Assembly: GCA_034226945.1 (NCBI GenBank) | Contig: CP120463.1 | Span: forward strand, 248,001-312,000 | DNA from: Picochlorum sp. SENEW3 | Taxonomy: Eukaryota | Direction of reading: 5' to 3' | DNA: 64,000 nucleotides | Shown here: positions 33,588-45,280 of the stretch, piece by piece | Layout: every line of letters begins with the position of its first letter | Numbering within the stretch: the stretch's first letter is position 1 | The notes under the pieces: model-generated | Seen by the model: only the letters and a program-made list of their open reading frames with translations | Databases searched by the model: none | What the model was told of the DNA's origin: nothing | Position numbers and translations under genes: made by a program

Positions 33588-34305
33588 ATGAAACGAATAT
33601 TCGGAACGAAGAAGGACAAGGTTCCTCAAAAGAGTCTTGACGATGTGTCGCAGGGAATGGAATCCCGTATTTCCGAGTACGTTGACTATGGGCATGCATG
33701 CTACCATGGAATACTATTTTATATATCACATGTGCAGGTTGGATAGGAAAATTGCTCGGATTGATGGGGATTTGCGCAAGTGTAGGGATGCTATGAAGGC
33801 TATGAGGCCAGGGCCCTCTTTAGAGCAGGCGAAGAAACGGGCCGTGAACGTGATGAAACAGAAGAGACAGCTGGAGGCGCAGCGTGAGAAGATGACGGAG
33901 AATGTGATGCGGTTGGATGAGGCGAGGTATACGACGAGTGCCATGCAGGACCAGGCAGAGATGGTCAAGGCATTGAAGGTGGCATCCAAGGAGATGAAGA
34001 TACAGATGAAGAAGACAAAGGAGCTGGATGTTGATCATGTGTATGATATTATGGATGAGTTGACTGAGCAAAGGGATCAGTTTGAAGAGTTGCAGACGGC
34101 CATGTCGTCGTATGATGTGCCAGTCGAGATTGATGATTCAGAGTTGATGGCTGAAATGGATATGTTGGGTGAGGAGGTGGCGGAGGAGGTGGAGGCGGAG
34201 GGTACTCCTGCGTATATGATGGATATACCTGATGCTCCTCAGGGGCGGGTTCGAGAGGAGGAGGAGGGGTTGGAGGAGGCCCCAGCGCAGAGAATGCTGC
34301 TGTGA
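33588..34305 (+). CDS. VPS60: ESCRT-III VPS60/CHMP5 (Snf7 family); intron 33677-33737
   Basis: Spliced N-terminus MKRIFGTKKDK..SLDD, then MRPGP..KKRAVNVMKQKR, DVDHVYDIMDE, SYDVP.EIDDSELMAEMD. Confidence 0.92.
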
Positions 34306-34374
34306 TCTGGATGGTCATGTGTAAAAAATTGAGTGTTTGATATTCATTAAATAATGTGTGAAAACTGATAGGTA

Positions 34375-36200
34375 TTAGGTGTATGTAAAGACATTTATGA
34401 TTTCAGCCTCTCCCTGGTATTCTTCATATGTCTGAACAATGCAGAGTACTGTGGGTTCTGTTGGGTGAAAGAGGTGAAGTGCGTCAATTCTCCTGCGTAT
34501 TCGACCTTGGTTCTCTCGAGGGTCGCTCGAAGACATGTGCAGGCATTTGTCAACGTCAAGTGCAAATTTAAGATGGTTTGGCCAGGCATGTGCCATAAAC
34601 TTTGCAGTTTTGATTCTTGCAGAGGATACTGGGATTCTGTCTCGGCTGATGGATCGCTCATCGTAGAAGAATAGTTCCTTGTCTAGATATGGAGATGTTT
34701 GCCGATGTTGGCACGGTGTTAGGGGAACTTGACCTGCTGGTTGTACAATATTTCGCCATGCTGCATGGCCATGGAGGCCGTGAAGAGAGAACTGTTCCCA
34801 CGTGCTGCTCGGCAGACTCTTATTCATCGCATTAGCATCTCCCTGGATCCTGCATGAATTGTAATGAGATGGATGAATATCTATTGATATTGAATGAAGA
34901 AAATCGCTATGCGTACCATGTGCTGAACTCTGTCTGGTCAAACATTGTAAACACCTTTTCAAAGAATGTCGTTTGGATGTTGTATATGGTTTTCAGACCA
35001 TCCGACATCATATCTGACCTGCTTGTCGTCGAACTTGTCTTCCAAAATAATAATAGTCGATTGTCGTCGAGGAAGTGCAGATGTCCGAGTTCCAATGTTT
35101 CAATGACTTTGAAAAAGTAGTACAGGACGCCCATGCCATTTCCCCGAGCTGCTGACTTGCAGATACATCCTGGGCGTTCTTTTTCCTGGCAGCAGATATC
35201 ACCGTTATTTTGCGATGCTTCTAAATACATATATGCGAGCAGCCTCTGTTTTAACACATCCAGAATTGGACTCTGCTGCTGTCCATCAACAGCCCCTGAT
35301 GGCTCCTGGTCAATGTCAGGGTGATGCGCACGGATGAATTCCTCATCATCAGGTCGACAGTACTTGCCTATTTCCATGACATCAGAAAAAACTCCATTCT
35401 CTTCTACATGCACGAGGACGATGGAGCGTTTATTCACAATGGCAATCTTTTTCTCATACGTGGCAACAGCATGTGACAGTGGTGTATCAAGGCGCTCTGT
35501 CACAAATGCTATGCGATCCATGATTTCTCCAGTTTCTAGATGAATAATATGAAGTACAACTTCTTCTTCTATTCCAAGCCACTGCCCTTCTGGTTCGAGG
35601 TATTGTGCATCCTGCCTAGAACTGCTCACAACCATGTAGGATCCGTGGAAAAAGAGGACCATTCTATCTAATAGACCAAAAGTGCCCTCACGCTCCTCAT
35701 GATGCACTTCGTGTACAAGTGAAAACATGTCATCAAATGTGATGCGCTCTTCTAAATTGGGAATACCCTTGTACTCGAATATCAGCACTGATGTAAGCTC
35801 CCTTCCAAACCCAATCAAATATTGTCCACATGGACTGAATCCATCGAGATAGCATGGGCTGTTTGGCTGGATGGATGCTATATGGGTATTCGGAACTATG
35901 TTTTGATACAGCTGTCGAATGCCATGAAGCTACACGCATAGGGAAGCAAATGTGTCTGGTGAGAATAATCTGAACAAAAAAACTAGTCAACAACGGCTGA
36001 TCGCCGTCGTCCACTTCACATGCCTCGTGGCATCGATTACAGAAGCTTCACAAGGATGTAAAAGATCCAAACAGACGGCGACATCGACATGGTCAATCAA
36101 TAATGGTACGCACCGCTGTTCCTGGTGGTCCTGGGCAAGTCTCTCGCTGCCATAAACGGTCAAGGAAAGCTCCTTTAACCCTTCTTCCTTCCACATTCAT
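34375..36200 (-). CDS. DET1: De-etiolated 1 (CUL4-DDB1-associated light-signalling regulator); exons 36200-36114, 35929-34917, 34849-34375
   Basis: Reconstructed N-terminus 'FLDRLWQRETCPGPPGTA|LHGIRQLYQNIVPN..FSPCGQYLIGF'. Also 'LHFLDDNRLLL', 'SPYLDKELFFYDER' and 'LFHPTEPTVLCIVQT'. Confidence 0.85.
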
Positions 36201-36610
36201 ACCATATCAGGCTGTAATCGGGTGCATTCTAAAATCTTCTTCGGTATATGGGCAGGACAAGGACTCTAAAGCACTGCTCTAGTCTACCGTACGAATGGCA
36301 GTATTCGTGTTTGGCTGAGTTGAATGCCAAGTAGATAGTCTGAAAAATAAATAGTATTTATATGAGACGTACTTAATGGGTAGATTGGTTGAAAGGAGAG
36401 CATATTGATGCCTGTGGATCTACAATGTGAGGCTGTGGCTGTCAACAGACAGGCCCATGCCTAACGAGTCCATGCCGGGCTACATCGAGAAGTTGTGGTT
36501 CTTTCATTTTAGCAAATGCACCTGTGTGAGCGTGGATGGATTCCAAATCTGTAGTATATCGCAATACATGGAGTATCGAGTTGGGTTTCGCTTTAATTAC
36601 ACAAGTACCA

Positions 36611-39600
36611 TCACAGAGTATTCATATTTGAACTGAGAACACGTTGTTGCAGGGATAATGAGTTCTCAAATTCCTTCACATGTTTTGGCTTTTTCTGTCG
36701 AAGAATCTGCCAAAAATGTTCTCTATATTTTACAGGTTGAGCAGCGAGTCTCTCAGCTCGCTCTCTAGCCTTTTCTTCTGTTTCTTTGAACAACCACATT
36801 GATACGAGTCTGGTCAACAGGGATGTGATCATGGACCCACACCCAATAGCGATTGATACCCCCCACTCTAATCCAGATAGTGGTTCTACCTTGAAAATGT
36901 TTCCAACGGGGGCAATGACCATAATAATGACCTGGAAGACGACGGTCAAAATCCAGACAGACATAAAGATGTAGTTTGTGAGGATTCCAGAAAAGACATT
37001 CAACTCATCATTGATTCGGCGTGCGTTGATTTCATTGAATAGCTGCATCCAGATGAACGTGTTGAAAACCATCGAGTTTGTCTTTTTCTGTTCGTCCTCT
37101 TGTCTGTCAATGCATTCCTCTTCTGTTTCATCAGGTTGGCATGGGTATACCTTGAAGTATTCAAACTGGGCTGGCAAGCCATAGAAAATCAAAAACAGCC
37201 AAAAGCTTTGGTACATCCCTTGGACAAATATATGCTTTGCCATCTTGCCATTGATAAGCGGCTCGTTTCTTCCATGTGGGAGATGGTTGAGCAACTCCTC
37301 TGTTGGAGCCTCAGTGGCAAGAGCTAAGGCTGCAAGACTGTCCATAATCAGGTTGACCCACAACAGCTGGAGAACATTCAGAGGTGTCTCTCCAGTCGTC
37401 ACTGCAGCAACAACCGCGATGAGCAAAGCAACGAGATTGATTGTGAGTTGAAACTGCAGAAATTTTCTAATATTTGTAAACACAGTCCTTCCCCACATGA
37501 CAGACTTGACAATGGATGAAAAGTTGTCATCCAAAATGACAATGTCAGCAGCTTCTTTGGCCACTTCTGTGCCAGCAATACCCATCGCCAGACCTACATC
37601 AGCCTCTTTCATTGCAGGAGCATCATTTGTTCCATCTCCGGTGACAGCTACAACCTGCCCAAGAGCTTTCAGAGTTTTGACTAGGATGAACTTGTCTTCT
37701 GGAGAGGATCTGGCCAACACATCAAGTTTTGGTATGGTTTGCATCAATTCATCATTAGATAGGGTCCGAAATTCTGGCCCTTCCATAGCCAATCCATTTT
37801 CTGACAATATTCCACACTCTCGAGCAATATGTTTGGCTGTATGAATGTTGTCACCCGTCACCATTCGCACTTTGATACCAGCATTCTGGCACCGCAAAAC
37901 AGCATCAGGAACCTCTTTTCTCACTGGATCTTTAATACCCACGATTGCCACGAGATCTAAATCATACTCTGGTGCTTCTTTGAATGGATTACTGCTCCCG
38001 TCTTCCACGCCGCGTGCTGATATATCTGCACCAGTCAACTTGTACACATCAGAATAATCAATCGTCACCACAGGACACAAGGAACAGACCTTTCTGAGTC
38101 AAACACAATGTGCGAAGCCCTTGTGAAGCCATAGAATTGATCATTGTTTCGAAGGAGCTCCTGGACGTATTATCCATGGGAACCAATACTCCAGATTCAT
38201 TGTAATAGGAGCTGCATCTCTTTAAAACCCAGTCAGCAGCACCCTTGTTGTACAACCTATATCCAGACTTCGTCTTCAACAAAACAGATGCCATTTTTCG
38301 ATCTGAAGTAAACCCAAACACCTTAACAATATCACCATGGTATTCATCGCGAATATCTGTGTACTGTATCCCCCATGACCTGATCATCATCAAGAGAGCA
38401 CATTCTGTTCTATTTCCTACGAAATCAATAGATCCATCTTCAGCTTCTGTAATGAACGCTTTCGAGTTGACAGAAGAATTTACTATGATTGAATCAGAGA
38501 GTTCCTTCGAGACCGATTCATACTCTGGTACATCATCGTGCCTCACTCCGGAGATGACAGTCTTTACTACTGTCATTCTATTCTCTGTGAGTGTGCCAGT
38601 CTTATCAGAGCATATTGCTGTTGCTCCTCCCATAGTTTCGCATGCAGCGAGGATCCGAACAAAATTGTTGTCTTTGATCATTTTGCTCATGGAATACGCA
38701 AGAGAAATTGTCACGGCCAAAGGCAGCCCTTCAGGCACAGCGACAACAACAATGGTGACTGCAAAAATGAAAAAGTTCAAGGGGCCAGATGCAAACTCAC
38801 TCATCGGAAATCCCTTGTTCTCGACAATCCATCTGATCAGAAGGACAATGAAACATATGATTGCAACAACAAGCCCAATCTTTCCTATAGCAACTGCCAA
38901 AACTCCTAGCTTCTCCTGCAGAGGAGTTCTTCCAGACTCTCTTGCAACCAATGCCATTGTCTTTCCCCACTCAGAGTATGGCCCCACAGCAATCACAATC
39001 GCCTTGCCACTTCCTTCACTAATTTGAGATCCAGATCGTATCCAACAGTCACCCTCACTTTGTCCCTTGCGGACTGGATCAGTCTCCCCAGTTAGACTGG
39101 ATTCATCTGCTGTCAAACCAAAGCTCTCCACCATGTACATATCTGCTGCGACCTTATCTCCAGTATCTAATAATACTACATCGCCTACTACAATATCAGT
39201 ACTGATAACAAGGGTCTCTACTCCATCTCGCACGACTTTGATATCAAGCACATCCTTTCGAGCATTAAAGCTGTGAAACTGCTTATCCTTGTGCCAATCA
39301 TTCCAAGCCCCCACCAACGATACAACCAGAACAGCAACCCAGATTGCAACTCCTTCAGTCCAAGAATTCTGTTCTCGCTCCTCCGGCACAGCTGCTCCCA
39401 ATACGGTCGACACAAATGCAGCAAACATCAACATCAAAATGATAGGATCCTTCAAGTTTGAATACCACAAATAGAAAAACCCTTTGCTTGGAATGGTCGG
39501 CAGTATATTACTCCCAAATACATTCCTCCTATCATCAAGAGAATATGGTGGCGCAGTACTCGTATCCAACCCATCATGGCATGATGTATGCAGCACAGTT

Positions 39601-39875
39601 GCCAACCCCTCCACCCCACCTAGACCAACAACAGCCTCTTCATCCTTTGCCTGCACATACAACGCAAAAACAACGTGAAATGGTGTCATAATCATCTCAA
39701 AACAGTATGCATGCCCATCCAGTCTCTCCTCATCAATACACGTGTGCAGGAGACTCACCTCGTTCAAAAGGGCCAGCCCCTCAGCAGAAACAGCAAAAGA
39801 GGAGCTCTCCTCCTCCGCAGCTCTTTCCTGATATTGAGCCTCTTTATCTGTAAAACTAGAAGATCTTTCTGCCAT
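36611..39875 (-). CDS. P2B-type (PMCA/ACA) calcium-transporting ATPase; introns 39651-39758 and 38026-38089
   Basis: DESSLTGE, VVAVPEGLPLAVT, CSDKTGTLT, GLRTL, MVTGDN, VAVTGDGTNDAPA, QLLWVNLIMDS, QLFNEINAR. Confidence 0.96.
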
Positions 39876-40152
39876 TGTATACCCAATATAGAGAACGAGG
39901 CCTCAATTCCACGAATAAAAGTCCACGTGACCAAACCTGGTCAATCTTCTCGGAAATTCCGCGTTTGGAGCCTCCTCTGCGGAGATCAATTTTAGAGGGG
40001 CTACTATCAATTTAAATCTATAGTCAGTTGTAAATATGTCCTTGGGAATGCGTATATGTCAGTATATCGATTGGAATTGACTCAGATCCAGAACCCTATG
40101 CGATGGTCTCGATACGATCACCCTGCAGGTGGGGGTACGACAATCCTTGTTC

Positions 40153-42363
40153 TTACCGTTCTCCTATGATTACCATGTAATGCTGCGCAAGGTAGGGCAC
40201 TCGTGTTATATCCTGAGATTCTTGAATGACTCTGAAGAGACTAGCGCAGCATTCACGATGGCATTCTGACTGCTGTATTGTACACAGAAAGGTCTGCAGC
40301 TGTCTGCAGGCATTGGGAATGTTCTCTATAGACATGTGCTGAAGGAAATGCGCCGCCGATTCGAATGCAGCGGGAACTGCGTGCGAGAGATCTCTTTGTA
40401 GTAACCATGAGCACTTTTCTAGTGTTTCCTCCAGATACACGCACTGAGAATCTGTGTCAGGCGTGTTGGCAGCAAGGATTGAAATGCCTTGGGTAAATCT
40501 GTTCTTCCATGCTTGTATGTGTTCCTCCTCGGAGTGCGCCACTACAGCCTCAAAGGACTTTTCTATAAACGATATAGATAGTATCCTTCTTTGACGCGGA
40601 TCCAACCGCGTTTGAGAGAGCATACTGCAGAGAAGATCATTTGAAGCCTCTGCAAGAGGAGCGTGATCCACGCTGAGAAGCGAGAGGCATGTGTCTGCCA
40701 ACTGATGGATGAGCAACGGCTCGGGCAAGACATCTAAACATGGCTGAAGCATGAATAGTATGAATTGCAATCTAGCCAACACGACCGGGTTCTTCAGGTA
40801 TTCGTCGTTTCCCTGAAAGCCATCTGGGAACAGGGATGCTGCAACTTCTTCTGCCACCTTTGGCTGTGTTGGGAGAGCTTGCAGCGTGTTTCGGAGAATG
40901 GTTCGATATGCCCTGCTATTCGACATTCTCCATAATTGTAAATATCCAATACACTGCACAATACTTCCTAGCGATGTGGGTTTCAACACGGATGCCTGCT
41001 TTGTGACAATTTCAATGATTCCTATGGCAAAATGAAACAGGTCATGTCCGACCTGAAGATTCATTCGTTTCGTACGAGCGAAGGCATCAACCTGTGACAT
41101 GTAAAACTCATTCGATATACTCTGCAATGCTCCTAGAATTGGCGGTTGCAGCATGTGCAAACCTTGTATTGAGACACAATGCTGTATGGCATGGAAACAT
41201 GCATCACGCAATGCTCGATCATGTGGCTGGGTGTCTACCGCTGTGCGTACATGAGTCCTTGAATCATTCATATAAATTATCGTCTGCGCATATGACTCGA
41301 GCAAGCATAATGCGGTTGCCAGGTCCCACGGCACAAGAGATTTGGTGTGCACCCGGCTTAGTGCAAGGGAAGAGGAAAAGACTGCATCAAAATTGCCATC
41401 ATGCAATCTTCCCCAATGGCATATACCCATGATGTCTTTCACTATACAATGAAGCATATCCCGAAACTCTGCTTTTGGGGCTATGGCGTCCAGCATCGCT
41501 GTGTAGCATGCCAAAAGGACTACTGGCGAGCAGAGGCGTTGGCTGGCATTCTCCTCCATACCCAATCTCGACGATCGCAAAATCCCATACCATTTATGTA
41601 CTGTATTTGAACCATTGTTTGCTACCACTTGGTGACAAGGCTCAAGAAATACAGCAGATGTACTGGTGAAAATAGAGATCAGGGTGCAGGTATCATAGGG
41701 TTGGTTCAACTCAATCACAGAGCTGCAGCACAACATCATCGTCAGCAACCACGCCGCTGGTTCTCTACAATTTTCTGAACATCTCAGAGAATAGCCTACA
41801 CAATAGACGACTCCGGAGCACACATTGGGCCACCATTCATCTGGATGGCTGGTGGGATGGCATGGGACTAGCAATAGGTGCCCCAAATTCATCCACACGC
41901 GTTCTTTGTCCTCTAGAGTCCTTAATACGACAGATAATTCTGCAAGGCATCGGAAAAGCAATGAATTTCTACGCGAACGTATGTCCCTTCCGTCCTGGAG
42001 CAATATTGCTGTACACTGGTCTGCCAACTGCTGAGTAAGGTTACTCTCATCCCTTGAACAGCCATGCATCATCCCCAATCGTCTGGTCCATCTCGATACA
42101 AGCACAAGAGTGTTCTGTACATGGTGCTCCTGTTTGGGATCGTGCCCAAGAGTGCACAGAATAGTCAGCAATCGTTCAACATCCTTTCCTTGGGTTGGGG
42201 TTTCAGACTTGGCTACGAGTGTTGCGATGATATCGAAGAATGCCTGCATCGTCAAAATGATATCTAAATTTTGTATATGAAGCACGGTGTTTGTTATAAA
42301 AGCACGCACAGCATCGCCAGTGAGAGCCTGTCGAAACGCTTCCCAAGGCGACCTTGTGCCCAT
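40153..42363 (-). CDS. Uncharacterised alpha-helical (ARM/HEAT-like) protein
   Basis: 736-aa uninterrupted Leu-rich helical ORF with no catalytic motif recognised. Confidence 0.6.
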   Translation of the reverse strand: MGTRSPWEAFRQALTGDAVRAFITNTVLHIQNLDIILTMQAFFDIIATLVAKSETPTQGKDVERLLTILCTLGHDPKQEHHVQNTLVLVSRWTRRLGMMHGCSRDESNLTQQLADQCTAILLQDGRDIRSRRNSLLFRCLAELSVVLRTLEDKERVWMNLGHLLLVPCHPTSHPDEWWPNVCSGVVYCVGYSLRCSENCREPAAWLLTMMLCCSSVIELNQPYDTCTLISIFTSTSAVFLEPCHQVVANNGSNTVHKWYGILRSSRLGMEENASQRLCSPVVLLACYTAMLDAIAPKAEFRDMLHCIVKDIMGICHWGRLHDGNFDAVFSSSLALSRVHTKSLVPWDLATALCLLESYAQTIIYMNDSRTHVRTAVDTQPHDRALRDACFHAIQHCVSIQGLHMLQPPILGALQSISNEFYMSQVDAFARTKRMNLQVGHDLFHFAIGIIEIVTKQASVLKPTSLGSIVQCIGYLQLWRMSNSRAYRTILRNTLQALPTQPKVAEEVAASLFPDGFQGNDEYLKNPVVLARLQFILFMLQPCLDVLPEPLLIHQLADTCLSLLSVDHAPLAEASNDLLCSMLSQTRLDPRQRRILSISFIEKSFEAVVAHSEEEHIQAWKNRFTQGISILAANTPDTDSQCVYLEETLEKCSWLLQRDLSHAVPAAFESAAHFLQHMSIENIPNACRQLQTFLCTIQQSECHRECCASLFRVIQESQDITRVPYLAQHYMVIIGER

Positions 42364-42448
42364 TCGCAGGCCTTGATGAATGAATAAAGGAATTTACATG
42401 TACGCGACAGTAAAAAAAGAATCAAAAGTTTCTATAAACATTGAACCC

Positions 42449-45280
42449 TTATGGTTCGTTAAGGAATGCCTCATAATCAAGAGGCTCCCAAGCAGCCAGC
42501 ATCATCTGCCTCAAGTCCTCAATCAGAGGGTATCGTGGGTTTGTTCCCGTGCACTGATCATCGAATGCGTCCTCGGCAAGCTTCACGAGAGCTTCTTCAT
42601 ACTCTTCAAATGACACTCTGTCGCCGATGGCATCCTTCATGCATGTAGGAATTCCAATGGAAGCCTTGATCTTCTCCACTTCTTTGACCAGGCACACCAC
42701 CTGCTCAATCTTTGAATTTGTTGCCTTGGCTCCTTGGCAGTCGAGGAGTGTTGCCAATTGAGCATAGTCATCGCGAGCATGCGATTCTTTGTACTGAGCA
42801 AAAGCCACAACCTTGTATGGGGCATCAGTGGCATTGTACAAAATCACATGGGAGATCATCAAGGCATTGGCCAGACCGTGGGCAATGTCAAACCTTGCAC
42901 CGAGCTTGTGAGCCATTGAGTGGCAAATACCCAAGAATGCATTTGCAAATGCCATACCAGCAATAGTAGCCGCATTATGGGTCTTTTCTCTTGCCTCTGG
43001 ATCCTCAGGGCCCAACTTGTAGGCACGTGGAAGGTACTGGAAGAGGAGGTGGAGGGCCTGGAGGGACAATCCCCTGGTGTAGTCTGTTGCATAGGCAGAG
43101 ACATAACTTTCCAATGCATGTGTGACAGCATCAATACCTCCGTTTGCTGTAAGGGATTTTGGCATATGCTTCACCAGCTGTGGATCGATAATGGCCATGT
43201 TTGGTGTGAGGGAATAGTCTGCAAGAGGATATTTAGAACCTGTTGCACCATCCGTCACCACACTGAATGGGGTCACCTCACTTCCAGTTCCAGATGTCGT
43301 TGGAATACAGATGAGAGGAGCTTTTGCACCCAAATCCGGGAAATCATACACTCTCTTTCTGATATCCATGAACCTCGTGGCCAGTCCCTCAAACTTTGTG
43401 TCTGGATACTCGTACAAGAGCCACATAATCTTGGCAGCATCCATAGGGGAACCTCCACCCAGCGCAATAATTGCATCTGCCTGATAGTCACTCAGCTCTT
43501 TGGCACCAGTCTGGATTGTTTCGATGTCTGGATCAGGCTTGACGTGGTAGAAGATCTGGGCATGCACATGGATGCTCTCCAAAACACTCACCACTTTGTC
43601 GACATATCCAAGGTCATAAAGAGGCTTGTCAGTAACAATAAATGCTCTCTTCTTTCCTTGAAGCTCTCGCAGGGCAACTTCCAAGCATCCTTCCTTAAAG
43701 TATACCTTTGGTGGCACCCTGAACCACAGCATATTTTCTCTGCGCTGTGCAACAGTCTTGAAATTGAGGAGATGCTTTGGCCCAACGTTGGTAGACACGG
43801 ATGTATTTCCGTACGATCCACATCCAAGAGTCAATGATGGGTCCAGGTTGTTGTACAAGTCTCCAATCGCTCCCTGAGATGATGGCATATTCACCAGCAT
43901 ACGGACAGTCTGAATGGTATTCTCCCATGCCTCAATATGCTCTCTGTTATTACTGTAAATAACAGACGTGTGCCCCTTGCCTCCATTTTCGACCAAATTG
44001 TTTGCAATCTCGAGTGCATCATCAAACGTCTTGGCACAAAAGAGTCCCAATATAGGGCACAATTTTTCAGAGGAGAGCACCTCATCGCTACCAACATGAT
44101 CAATTGGAGCAATCAAAAGGCGAGTATGATCCGTGATATCCCCATCCAATCCAAAAAGCTGAGCCAATTCATATGCACTCTTACCAACGGCATCTGCATT
44201 CATCCTTCCATCAGGGAAGAGTCCTTGTCTCACCTTTTCTGTGTCAGACTCTGACAGAATGTGTGCTCCTCTCCTCTCCATCTCAAACCTGAAAGCATCA
44301 TAGACATTCTCCAGCACCACGGCTGCCTGTTCGGATGCACAAATAACTCCATTATCAAACGTCTTTGACAAAAGAATATAATTCACTGCCATATGAATAT
44401 CAGCACAGCTGTCCACAATAGCTGGCGTGTTTCCAGCACCCACACCAATAGCTGGTGTTCCACTGGAATAGGACGAATGCACCATTGCTGGACCACCTGT
44501 CGCAATAATCATGCTCACTTTAGGAGACTTCATGAGCTGGAATGTCTCATCCTTGGAAGGATGCTCAATCCACCCGATAATTCCAGGAGGAGCCCCTGCC
44601 TTGACAGCAGCGTCATGCACAATCTTGGCAGCCGCAATGGTACAATCAGATGCCCTTGGATGAGGAGCAAGAACAATCGCATTCCTCGTCTTCAGTGCCA
44701 ACAAGCACTTGAAAATGGCCGTCGATGTTGGATTTGTTGTTGGAACAATACCACACAACACCCCCATTGGCTCTGCCACCTTTTGAATCCCATACACAGC
44801 ATCCTCCTCCACCACCCCAACAGTCTTCTCATCCTTGTACTTGTTATAAATCTCCTCCGACGCAAAATGATTCTTAATCACCTTATCCTCCACCAATCCA
44901 ATACCAGTCTCCTGCACCGCCATCTTTGCCAACGGAATCCTGCTCATATTTGCCTCCAACGCAGCATTCTTGAACACTGCATCCACCTGCTTCTGCGTAA
45001 AATGAGAATACGAGCGCTGAGCTGCCGCAGCCCTCGCAATCGCCATCTCCACTCTGTCTTCAAAAAGACTTGAATCCTCCCCAGCATCATCCCACGAACT
45101 CTTCTCCTGCGCACTCTCCTCCTCTCCCTTTCTATCCACATCAACCCCATTCACCCTCCATGAACCCCTTCTCCCCACACGGGGAGCAACATGTGCCGTC
45201 TGCGTCATCGCACCCGGAGAACACACCAATCTTCTCGTAGTCGTACTCTGCTTTGTTGTTCCAAGCACAGACAGTCTCAT
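42449..45280 (-). CDS. adhE: Bifunctional acetaldehyde-CoA/alcohol dehydrogenase (AdhE) with organellar transit peptide
   Basis: ALDH half: EDKVIKNHFASE, PTTNPTST, ATGGPAMV, FDNGVICASEQ. Linker PSLTLGCG. Fe-ADH half: GGGSPMDAAK, GICHSMAHK, HGLANA, DDQCTGTNPRYP. Likely start MRLSVLG. Confidence 0.97.
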   Translation of the reverse strand: MRLSVLGTTKQSTTTRRLVCSPGAMTQTAHVAPRVGRRGSWRVNGVDVDRKGEEESAQEKSSWDDAGEDSSLFEDRVEMAIARAAAAQRSYSHFTQKQVDAVFKNAALEANMSRIPLAKMAVQETGIGLVEDKVIKNHFASEEIYNKYKDEKTVGVVEEDAVYGIQKVAEPMGVLCGIVPTTNPTSTAIFKCLLALKTRNAIVLAPHPRASDCTIAAAKIVHDAAVKAGAPPGIIGWIEHPSKDETFQLMKSPKVSMIIATGGPAMVHSSYSSGTPAIGVGAGNTPAIVDSCADIHMAVNYILLSKTFDNGVICASEQAAVVLENVYDAFRFEMERRGAHILSESDTEKVRQGLFPDGRMNADAVGKSAYELAQLFGLDGDITDHTRLLIAPIDHVGSDEVLSSEKLCPILGLFCAKTFDDALEIANNLVENGGKGHTSVIYSNNREHIEAWENTIQTVRMLVNMPSSQGAIGDLYNNLDPSLTLGCGSYGNTSVSTNVGPKHLLNFKTVAQRRENMLWFRVPPKVYFKEGCLEVALRELQGKKRAFIVTDKPLYDLGYVDKVVSVLESIHVHAQIFYHVKPDPDIETIQTGAKELSDYQADAIIALGGGSPMDAAKIMWLLYEYPDTKFEGLATRFMDIRKRVYDFPDLGAKAPLICIPTTSGTGSEVTPFSVVTDGATGSKYPLADYSLTPNMAIIDPQLVKHMPKSLTANGGIDAVTHALESYVSAYATDYTRGLSLQALHLLFQYLPRAYKLGPEDPEAREKTHNAATIAGMAFANAFLGICHSMAHKLGARFDIAHGLANALMISHVILYNATDAPYKVVAFAQYKESHARDDYAQLATLLDCQGAKATNSKIEQVVCLVKEVEKIKASIGIPTCMKDAIGDRVSFEEYEEALVKLAEDAFDDQCTGTNPRYPLIEDLRQMMLAAWEPLDYEAFLNEP

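Noticed and set aside
36282..36336. Three-way-junction fold (GTCTAC/GTAGAT, TACGAAT/ATTCGTG, TTGGC/GCCAA), possible hammerhead ribozyme
   Set aside because: It lacks the CUGANGA and GAAA core in junction positions, and the short stems could be chance.
42920..45073. Long antisense ORFs opposite adhE (similar ones lie opposite the Ca-ATPase, HMCES and SCP genes)
   Set aside because: These are shadow ORFs produced by codon bias of real genes on the other strand, with no motifs.
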